A stretch of 64,000 nucleotides of DNA, from IMG/VR virus record IMGVR_UViG_3300032252_000001, positions 5,459 to 69,458 of that record; one strand, given 5' to 3'. Of the stretch, positions 56,251-64,000 are shown piece after piece; position 1 is the first letter of the stretch, and each line of letters opens with the position of its first letter. A program made the position numbers and the translations under genes. This DNA comes from a virus. The notes under the pieces were generated by a model that was not told the origin of the DNA, ran no database searches, and saw only the letters and a program-made list of their open reading frames with translations.

Positions 56251-58686
56251 CTATTGCGCCTTTTTCGGTTTCGCTGATGCTGCTTTCCTCTCTCGTGCGG
56301 CTTTGGCCTTCGCAAGCATGTCTTCACGCTCTTGCTTGGCTTTCGCGGCTCGTGCTTCACGCTCTTCCTTTGCCTTGGCAAGATAATCTTCACGATCCTC
56401 TTTACTCAATGCTGCAAGGTCTTGACGGTTGATCTCGGCCAGTGCCTTCTCATCCAGACGGTCAAGCTCTCTTGCGTGTTCCTCATCTCTTCGGCGCTGC
56501 TCTGCCTCGAACGCCTCAGCCTCTGGGTCTATACTCTCACCCGGCTCCATGATCGAGAACTCAGGCACCATGGCTGCGGCCTGCGCGATCTGCATCTCCA
56601 TCTCTGGGTCCATCGGCTGCTCAGCGGTAAATGTTCCCGGTGGCGGCAGCTGATTGCCCAGTTGAGCGTTCATCTCGTTGAAGTACTTGAATGCAAAATG
56701 CTCGGCAAGGTGCGCCTGCATCAACGGTCCAATCTGCTCCAATGCCTCTGGTGCCAGACCGTTGATGAAGTTGATGTGTACTTGTATATGCGCCTCATGG
56801 TCCTGCTCGATGAAAGCGTTGGCGCTCTGAGCCTGCATCAGCCTCATGTTTTCAGTCACCGGGTCAAGGCGCTGCGGATTATTTATCTGCAATACGCCTT
56901 CCGGGTCCGGTATGCGGATAGCTCGCAGGAAGCGCTTCTCGACCTCCATCTGGTTGTAGAGCTGCGGTGCCTGCATGGCCCTCTCGACCAGAGCCTGCCC
57001 TTGAGCAATACGCTGCGTCGAGCTGAAGATGTTTGGATCACTGATGGGAATGACATCGACACGACCGTCATAGTCATTCCGCATTACCACGCCTTCAGCG
57101 TTCTCAACCTTGTATGGATACTGATCCGGCAGGAACTCATAGTTGAGTTCAGCACGGAGCTTAAACTCTTCCGCAGCAGCCATGTGCAATCGCCTATGGA
57201 TAGCCGAGAAAGGTTTGCTGCCCTGCTCTATTAGCGCAATGGTTGTCCCTACCGGACCAGTGTTCTTTGCCTCACCAGTCAACACCTCTGTTGACGACGA
57301 GAATGACTTGCCAGCGTCCTTCAGTACCTCGAACAGCTTGGCAACCGCCATGGACGGCTCTTTGAAGGGTGGCGTGTAAAAGGCACGTGCCAGCTCGTCA
57401 GCCGACATATTGACCTCTTTGTAAACACCGGGGTCAATGTGCCTGTCGCCCGGTTTCAGTTTCGCATCGTTGGAGACAAAGCCACCCTGCATGTTAGCGA
57501 ATGCAGCCGAGTCGAGCAGCGCCCTGATCGTTCCAGAGGTGGCCTCTGCCACGCTGCCGATCATGTGCAACAAGCCGAAGCCGTAGAAGCCAAGACCCGG
57601 CAGGTACTTATAGTGCGTGAACCACATACGCTTCAGGCACAGCTCATCGTCTTCCTTCCAGTTACGACGAATGGACAACACCTTGCGAGTGCTGCGCTCT
57701 ACCGTGACGATGTACGGCAGTGGCGTATCGCGCCCGTAACTCTTACTGTCGCCGTTATCCAGCTCCAGATCGCAGTGGCATTCGTACAGCGTGTAGATGT
57801 CGTCATCGGTGTGAGTGTCAGGTGTGCGTGAGTCAGCCCTATCCTCATGTTCACGCTCTCTATCTTCCATGCTGTCTGCCGAGTACGGCATCGACGGAAG
57901 TAGCTCCATTTCTTCGTAGAAGCCAGAGGCAAACAGTTTCTTCATCTCCGACTTGTTCTTGAACATGCGATGCGTATAGCGTGGTGACGATGCAAGGTCG
58001 GTGGCGATGTACGGCACAATGAAGTCTGTTGACTTGATGAAGCGTGACACCACCATCTCGTTGATGGGATCGAAGTAGGTCTTCTTGAATGCAGAGCCGC
58101 CCAGCGGAAGGTAGAACAGCATCGAATCCACGTTCCAGAAGTATGAGCTGTCCTGATCAAGAATCTGATAGTTCATGTGATTCTTGACGCGCTCTGCCTG
58201 ATCCTGCTTCTCCATAGTGAACTCGCCCACCACCTTGGTTTTTACTGGGCCTTCACTGGGGAATATTTCTTCGATTGCTCGTGACTGGAACTGCACCACG
58301 GCCTCACCAATCAACGGGAAGGTGACAGCCGATGCGCCCTCGAACGGAAGCTCTTCAAGTGGGATGTTGTTCAGGCCAAGCAGCTCCATGGCTTGATCCA
58401 TGCGTTGCTCCCAGTCCTTCCGTGCCTCAAGGTCAACGTCCACCCACTCGATGATGTCGTTGGCCAGCTTCGTCAGATCAGTGTTGTCTACGTCGTAAAC
58501 GATATTCGCTGCGTGTTCGTCGCTATCATCCTGTGACATGCGAGCTGCGCCGGGATTGAAGTCAACCACCGCATTATCGCCTCGACGCTGTACCGATACG
58601 CCATCTTCGGTGGTCGTATTGATAGACTGCTCGTCGTCCATTGGCATCTCTGAGATACGAGGTGCGTCATTAAAGTTTGCGGCCAT
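56251..58686 (-). CDS. portal protein
   Basis: 811 aa after terL; PFEGAS, FYLPLGGSAFKK.YFD, PGLGFYGFGL, PVGTTIALIE, DYDGRVDVIP.SDPN. Confidence 0.9.
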   Translation of the reverse strand: MAANFNDAPRISEMPMDDEQSINTTTEDGVSVQRRGDNAVVDFNPGAARMSQDDSDEHAANIVYDVDNTDLTKLANDIIEWVDVDLEARKDWEQRMDQAMELLGLNNIPLEELPFEGASAVTFPLIGEAVVQFQSRAIEEIFPSEGPVKTKVVGEFTMEKQDQAERVKNHMNYQILDQDSSYFWNVDSMLFYLPLGGSAFKKTYFDPINEMVVSRFIKSTDFIVPYIATDLASSPRYTHRMFKNKSEMKKLFASGFYEEMELLPSMPYSADSMEDREREHEDRADSRTPDTHTDDDIYTLYECHCDLELDNGDSKSYGRDTPLPYIVTVERSTRKVLSIRRNWKEDDELCLKRMWFTHYKYLPGLGFYGFGLLHMIGSVAEATSGTIRALLDSAAFANMQGGFVSNDAKLKPGDRHIDPGVYKEVNMSADELARAFYTPPFKEPSMAVAKLFEVLKDAGKSFSSSTEVLTGEAKNTGPVGTTIALIEQGSKPFSAIHRRLHMAAAEEFKLRAELNYEFLPDQYPYKVENAEGVVMRNDYDGRVDVIPISDPNIFSSTQRIAQGQALVERAMQAPQLYNQMEVEKRFLRAIRIPDPEGVLQINNPQRLDPVTENMRLMQAQSANAFIEQDHEAHIQVHINFINGLAPEALEQIGPLMQAHLAEHFAFKYFNEMNAQLGNQLPPPGTFTAEQPMDPEMEMQIAQAAAMVPEFSIMEPGESIDPEAEAFEAEQRRRDEEHARELDRLDEKALAEINRQDLAALSKEDREDYLAKAKEEREARAAKAKQEREDMLAKAKAARERKAASAKPKKAQ

Positions 58687-58689
58687 CTA

Positions 58690-60357
58690 TCAGGCTCCTG
58701 TTCTAATCCCGCCACCGTACATGCGGATCGGCGCGTTTGCATAGTTCATAAGGTTGTCGTTGTCGTCGTCTTCATCCAAGTACTCTGCACTCCAGCGCTT
58801 ACGTAACCAAAGCAGAGCCATGGTAACAGTATCCACCATGTCGTCATGGTCGTCGGCTGGATAGTTGCCGCACTGCTCAATCACCTCTTCGGCCCAGTTG
58901 CGCTTCACATAGAACACGCAACCACGCTCCAGCACCAATGAGGCAGCGTGTGCGCGAGCAAACTTTGAGTCGCTGACCTTGATGCGTGATACTGGCAGGT
59001 CTGAGCGCCTGAGTTCCTGTGCCAGCGAGTGCCCTGATGCCTTCTTCTCGATCAGTATCTTGTCAGGCTTCCACAGCTCTGCCGCCTGCTTGGCGTTCTC
59101 TCTCAGCTCTGGGAACTCCAGCCTGCGATTCATGCGCTCCAGCAGGATCATGCACAGTCGCTTCTGGCCCTTGTATCTAGCTGTCCATGGCAGCTTGGTG
59201 TTAAGCCGCTCTTCATACTCGAACACACCCCACGTAGTACGAGCGCTGAAGTCTGACTCTTCGTCCTCTTCAAAAGCCGTGTCGTAGCACTGCACCACGA
59301 AGTCGATCTGCGGCAGCTCTGGTTCAACCCACTCGCGCCAATGCTCGTTCTTCAGGATGTTGCCACCCTTCGCTGATGGGTTCTGCTGAATCTGCGCCTC
59401 GAAACCACGCTCGGTCAGCTCATAGGACAGCTTAGCCATCTCTTCTGGCCCAAACCTGTCCGGTGTCAGCAGCTCGTTTTCTTTCTTGCGTGGGTCAATA
59501 AAGATTACTTCATCTTTCTTCAGCGGCTCGACATGATCACCAAACGTGAAGATGCCGTCGTCACGTGCTGGAATGATGCGCTTGCTGTCTTTCTTTGCCT
59601 TGGTGATACAGCGGTTCTTCGGTATGAAGTACCCCGGCAGGTTGAGATGCACCCAGCCTCCCGATGCCAGCACATGACCCGGCAGGTCCTTGTGATGGCC
59701 ACGCTGTGCAATGATTACACGGCCCAGCTTCTTCGGATCGTTGCCACGAGTACTCATGACATCTCGCCACCAGTCGATCACGCCCATACGCACAGTGTCA
59801 GAGTTGATCTCTTTCATGTTGTGCGCGTCATCAACTACGATGCGGTCGCCACCCTCACCCGTTGCTGTACCACCTACCGATGTAGCCAGCCGGTAGCCGT
59901 TGTGATCATTGTCGAAGCGGCCCTTCTGATTCAGGTCAGAGCTGAGCTGGAAGCTGTCGCTGAAGTTTTGCTCATACCATGGGGATTGAATCAGGCGACG
60001 ACACTTCACCGAGTCGCGAAGAGTCAGGTTGCTTGCGTACGTTGCAAACAGCCACTGTGTTGATGGGTTCCACGTCCACTCCCATGCAGGCCACATCACT
60101 GCCACGATGGTGGACTTGGTGTGGCGAGGTGGGATGTTAATCACGAGGTCATCTATATCACCCAGTGATACATACGTGAGGTGTTCGCAGATAGCATCGA
60201 TGTGCCAGTCGCACTTGAACTCCTTGCCCGGTTCAACTGTCTGCCATGCACCACGAACGAACTCGCGCAGGTCACGCTTCATCTCTTCGGCCTGAATCTG
60301 CGTCCAGCCGTAGTGAAAGTCTTCAGGGCTTTCAAACTGTGGAAGCGCTATCGTCAT
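58690..60357 (-). CDS. terL: terminase large subunit
   Basis: Walker A NIPPRHTKS, Walker B IVVDD, QQNP, YDTAF, IEKKASG, HDDMVD nuclease motif. Confidence 0.93.
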   Translation of the reverse strand: MTIALPQFESPEDFHYGWTQIQAEEMKRDLREFVRGAWQTVEPGKEFKCDWHIDAICEHLTYVSLGDIDDLVINIPPRHTKSTIVAVMWPAWEWTWNPSTQWLFATYASNLTLRDSVKCRRLIQSPWYEQNFSDSFQLSSDLNQKGRFDNDHNGYRLATSVGGTATGEGGDRIVVDDAHNMKEINSDTVRMGVIDWWRDVMSTRGNDPKKLGRVIIAQRGHHKDLPGHVLASGGWVHLNLPGYFIPKNRCITKAKKDSKRIIPARDDGIFTFGDHVEPLKKDEVIFIDPRKKENELLTPDRFGPEEMAKLSYELTERGFEAQIQQNPSAKGGNILKNEHWREWVEPELPQIDFVVQCYDTAFEEDEESDFSARTTWGVFEYEERLNTKLPWTARYKGQKRLCMILLERMNRRLEFPELRENAKQAAELWKPDKILIEKKASGHSLAQELRRSDLPVSRIKVSDSKFARAHAASLVLERGCVFYVKRNWAEEVIEQCGNYPADDHDDMVDTVTMALLWLRKRWSAEYLDEDDDNDNLMNYANAPIRMYGGGIRTGA

Positions 60358-61811
60358 TACTTCAGCCCGAAGAATTTAGCGATGGTTAGCACCTTCGTTT
60401 GCATGAAGTTGCCGAATGTGCCAGCGGCGTTATGGTCGCTGGTTGCTGCGTCCCACACTGCTGTTGCTGTTGTTGCCGCGTTCACCAGCTGATTGACCAC
60501 GGTCGCCCCTATCGAGCTGTCCGTCAGGTTTCCAATACCCCTTACCACGATAGTCCCTGCTGTTACTGTCGAGTCGAGGATGACCTGTCCAGAGTTTAGG
60601 TCGATTGATACGTTGTCTGCGCCGGTCTTGTTTCTTAACTCCACGCCTCCTGAGTAGTTCCTCATCAACAGGTCGCGCCCTGAGCCACCGTAGTCGATTA
60701 TCGGTGTCGATGTCCCGGCTACTCCCGACCAGCAGTCCAAGATGTTTACGTCCGACGAGCCACCCAGAGTAATGGTTCCAGCTTCGATCAAGCATGACTG
60801 TATGGTTCCCTCCACAAATGATAGCGGCGGCTGGATAACGCAGTCCTTCACCACGCTGTCGCCATCGAGTACGCCAGTGAGTGTTGCTTCACGGAACTGC
60901 GACATGATGACATCAGCGCCAGTGTTGATGGTGATGGTGGTGATGTCCGGGTCCTGACCTACGATACGCAGGCCGCTCACATCATCTCCAGTATCCAGTG
61001 TGGCGCTGCCTATTACCTTGATCTCAACAAAACCCAACGCAGCAGCAATAGCCACAGCGTCAGGGAAGTTGTTGACCGGCTGAAGTGGTGTGCCGTTCGG
61101 ATAGTCCGTGCCGACATTACCTGATGCGGCCTCGTACCAGACTGCATTCTGATAGGTGCTGTACCTGATCTCTGTCAGCTCCTGAATAGTCGCGGAGCTG
61201 GACGTAGTGAGAATCACCTGCGTTCCCCATGTTGGCAGGATGGCAGGGATCGATATATCTACCTCGTCTACTGCCACGAGGTTGCCACCGGACGTGCGCA
61301 CCTGCGTGATGTTCCACAGGCTGTAGTCATCGGCCAGATCGAACTCGTTGTCCGTGCCGTTGACCAGTGTCTTGGTCTCCAGCGTGGTGGCATCGATAAC
61401 ACGCACCACGTCAGTGACGGAGCGATCCGTCCAGTTGATGATATATGAACCCGGCTGCACCCCGGCTGCGATGAAGTCAGCGCCGCTATCTGCGAAGGTA
61501 ATCCTGTTGAGAACACTAGGTGGCCCGGATGCTGTCGTCACCGTTCCAGTCGCGGCAGGCGTGAATCGAGCCTGAAACGCAAGTTGCAGATTCTGCTGCT
61601 CAACCGTGATAGCAACCAGCGTACCGCCACCGAGGTCTTCCTTGCCTGATGCTTGGATCAGTGAGGGGAAGCCCATGTTGACGAAATCGTCTTCCAGAAT
61701 TCGTAACGTATCCACATGGTCCTGCATTACGATCTCGGTCGATGGAGCAGCAATCTCCACGTACCGAGGATCGGTATCTTGAACCAGTGAGAAGTCGTTA
61801 CGTACTGCCAT
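60357..61811 (-). CDS. putative structural protein with beta-helix-like C-terminal half
   Basis: 484 aa, T/G/D/V-rich; GTPLQPVNN..DA motif, then repetitive beta segments. Confidence 0.6.
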   Translation of the reverse strand: MAVRNDFSLVQDTDPRYVEIAAPSTEIVMQDHVDTLRILEDDFVNMGFPSLIQASGKEDLGGGTLVAITVEQQNLQLAFQARFTPAATGTVTTASGPPSVLNRITFADSGADFIAAGVQPGSYIINWTDRSVTDVVRVIDATTLETKTLVNGTDNEFDLADDYSLWNITQVRTSGGNLVAVDEVDISIPAILPTWGTQVILTTSSSATIQELTEIRYSTYQNAVWYEAASGNVGTDYPNGTPLQPVNNFPDAVAIAAALGFVEIKVIGSATLDTGDDVSGLRIVGQDPDITTITINTGADVIMSQFREATLTGVLDGDSVVKDCVIQPPLSFVEGTIQSCLIEAGTITLGGSSDVNILDCWSGVAGTSTPIIDYGGSGRDLLMRNYSGGVELRNKTGADNVSIDLNSGQVILDSTVTAGTIVVRGIGNLTDSSIGATVVNQLVNAATTATAVWDAATSDHNAAGTFGNFMQTKVLTIAKFFGLK

Positions 61812-62368
61812 TAGCTACCTGCTGCCACAGCCCCCAATGCCGCCAGTTCCTTATCACGCTGCTTGCACAGGGCGACCGTCTCCGAGTGTTCCTTGATGGA
61901 CTCGTCTTCTTGAGCAATTACATCCTCGAAGCGCTCAATAGCCTCGTGGTCCTGCTCGACTTGCTGCTTCAGTGCCGTCTCGTCCCAGCGACCCCACTCA
62001 GTAAAGATTGCCTTGCGTTTCTCAGAGGCTTCGACATCGAAGTCATGAATCTCGCTCAGCATCTTGTCACGTACCCCGCAGCGCATAATCAGGCTCTCAT
62101 ACTCATGGATGCGAGCGCGGGTTTCCGAGATCATCTTGCGCATCCGGTTCTTGTTCTCTTCGCACTCGTTGATGCGAGACACCAGATAGTCGATACGCTG
62201 CGATGGATACTTCGCGTTGACCTCAGCAATCTGGTTCAGGCGCTCTGTTTCCTGCGCCAGAACCAGCTGCTCTTTCGCGTCGTTGTTAGTACCGAGGGGC
62301 AGCTCTTCGATCTTCTTGCCTTTCAGCCTGATCGAAGACACCCCTGTCTGCCCCACGTTACTTGTCAT
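61811..62368 (-). CDS. coiled-coil hypothetical protein
   Basis: 185 aa, E/K/R-rich helical. Confidence 0.7.
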   Translation of the reverse strand: MTSNVGQTGVSSIRLKGKKIEELPLGTNNDAKEQLVLAQETERLNQIAEVNAKYPSQRIDYLVSRINECEENKNRMRKMISETRARIHEYESLIMRCGVRDKMLSEIHDFDVEASEKRKAIFTEWGRWDETALKQQVEQDHEAIERFEDVIAQEDESIKEHSETVALCKQRDKELAALGAVAAGS

Positions 62369-62378
62369 TGCGGTCTCC

Positions 62379-64000
62379 TTAGACGGCGATGGTGTCGTCC
62401 TGCCTGACCACTGTCACGGTCACACCGGAATCACCAACTGTTGCGTTCTGAGTGAACGGTAGAATTACCTTGCCCTGACGAACATTAACTACCACACCGA
62501 ACGGCGATGCCGGGGTCTTGACGATGGTATTGGACGTACTCGTCGTCGTTGCCTCGGTATCGATGATCAGGTCATGGATGTTGTCGTTCGTGTCGTAGGC
62601 TTGGATCGTCTCGTTGATGGTGTAGGTATCTGCTGACACGAAACCACCTGCGCCGAACAGCAGCTGGATCACCAGCGAGTCTTCGTCGGTCACGCTCACC
62701 ACCTCGTAGGTGGACGTGCGAGCGGCGACGTAGATCAGCATTCCCGGCTCAACACCCTCGGTCACGAACGTAGAACCCGTGTCCTCAAGCGCTGTGTCGG
62801 ACGTGCCAGCTGTTGCCGTTCCCGGCGTGATCGGCGTTAGGGTGAACGTGCCACCTGCGCCAGTGGTTCGGCTGTCGTACTTGTAGTGATGCTCCTGCTG
62901 CTCATCCACTGCGATGACCCTGACCCACGCGGCATCAGCAACCTCACTGTCGATTGAGCCGCCGACCGTGATCGAGGTGGCCGATGCAGTTGTGGCCGTC
63001 ATGCCACCGAAGCGATCCTTGTTGATCACACCAGCGGTGCCGGTATCACGTGCCAAGTACACCCGGTCGAAGCCTGCGGTGTTGTCCACGAGGATGGTAA
63101 CCGTGTTCGGCGGCGTGCGCAGCGTACCGAGGTCATCCGTCAGCGTGTATGCCTGCGGTGCAGCATCGATGCCAGTGAACAGCACACCCGGTGCGCCGAA
63201 GATCGTCGTACCGGTGAACGTACCCAGTGGGCTGGCTTTCGGTGAGCTGATCGATAGCGAGGCACCACCAGCGCCACCCGTGTCGATGGTCGCCTGATCA
63301 GCGCCTTCATCATCTACCACGTCGCTGTCAACCAGCGACTCAAGCGAGGTCTGCTGGTCTGTGACCGTGATGTACGACTGCGCCACATCCTGACCCGTGC
63401 CAGTCTGGTTCGAGCCGATCAGTCTGGCTGTCCAGTTACCACCGACCGTCTGCGTCAGGTCGTCGCCTTCTGTCAGCGAGGCTGAATGCGACACCGTGTA
63501 GTACAGCGCCTCGATACCTCGATACGACTCACCGGGAATGTTGACACCAGCACCGAACAGGTCGGCCTCGTCAGCGCCGCGCCTCGTGACGTACTTGATG
63601 CGCTCATACACCTTGGCCGGTAGTACGTTGGTCTGTGCGTTGACCGTGATCGAGAAAGGCTCTGCCGTGCCGTCACCGTCGAAGTCAGACGTGGTGCTGC
63701 CCACTGCAATGGTGACCGTGCCGCCTTCGCCAGAGGTTGCGTCAGTCGGACCACCAGACACCGCTGTCTCGTTCGAGCTGAGCGTCAGCGTGCCTGTCTG
63801 GGCAATGTCTTCGATGACATCGTTGTCTGCGAATGCCACGAGGTTACCGGTGCGGTATCCCTCGATGGTGTAGTTCGGGCCTGTGCCACTGATTGCCGTG
63901 ATCACACCTTTCTGCGCGGGGTCTGCTACCAGCTGGAAAAGGTCGCCTACTGCTTGGGTCCATGCGCCTGTCTCAGCGTCCGTGGTCACCTGCAAGTAGC
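62379..64000 (-). CDS. large T/G/D-rich putative structural protein (5' end beyond window)
   Basis: Reading frame stays open to the window edge; beta-rich composition. Confidence 0.65.
   Translation of the reverse strand, partial: YLQVTTDAETGAWTQAVGDLFQLVADPAQKGVITAISGTGPNYTIEGYRTGNLVAFADNDVIEDIAQTGTLTLSSNETAVSGGPTDATSGEGGTVTIAVGSTTSDFDGDGTAEPFSITVNAQTNVLPAKVYERIKYVTRRGADEADLFGAGVNIPGESYRGIEALYYTVSHSASLTEGDDLTQTVGGNWTARLIGSNQTGTGQDVAQSYITVTDQQTSLESLVDSDVVDDEGADQATIDTGGAGGASLSISSPKASPLGTFTGTTIFGAPGVLFTGIDAAPQAYTLTDDLGTLRTPPNTVTILVDNTAGFDRVYLARDTGTAGVINKDRFGGMTATTASATSITVGGSIDSEVADAAWVRVIAVDEQQEHHYKYDSRTTGAGGTFTLTPITPGTATAGTSDTALEDTGSTFVTEGVEPGMLIYVAARTSTYEVVSVTDEDSLVIQLLFGAGGFVSADTYTINETIQAYDTNDNIHDLIIDTEATTTSTSNTIVKTPASPFGVVVNVRQGKVILPFTQNATVGDSGVTVTVVRQDDTIAV

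Noticed and set aside
59480-59640. Possible intein in the terminase large subunit
   Set aside because: The extra segment is short and lacks Hint block A, B and G motifs.
20126-63873. Numerous plus-strand and alternative-frame ORFs in the track (e.g. 56332-57234, 61742-62407, 34494-35090)
   Set aside because: They are shadows of long, motif-bearing minus-strand genes and have no recognisable motifs of their own.

Overview
This 64-kb window is most or all of a tailed dsDNA phage genome with a podovirus-type morphogenesis module. The spanin-like pair points to a Gram-negative host. The minus strand carries terminase large subunit, portal, GroES, scaffold, major capsid, adaptor/nozzle, several tail fibres and adhesins (one fused to a Hint domain), a 2OG-Fe(II) oxygenase, a GNAT, ejection-type proteins, a 4410-aa polyvalent protein and a lysis cassette. 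A central early region (about 5.8-18.4 kb) holds DUF932, an SF2 helicase, several nucleases, an XRE regulator, YqaJ/RecT-like recombination genes and SSB. Its plus-strand gene blocks are preceded by repeated 17-bp operator-like boxes. The left end holds terminase small subunit followed by cargo genes: a collagen/YadA-anchor protein, FN3-like proteins and an atypical tRNA. The most striking observation is a GGDEF domain inside the giant, probably ejected protein. It keeps the catalytic residues, lacks the inhibitory I-site, and has Thr at the guanine-specificity position (PleD D344), the signature of Hypr 3',3'-cGAMP-producing GGDEF enzymes. It is therefore a candidate virion-delivered cyclic dinucleotide synthase. 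All family assignments come from reading motifs by eye; no database searches were run.
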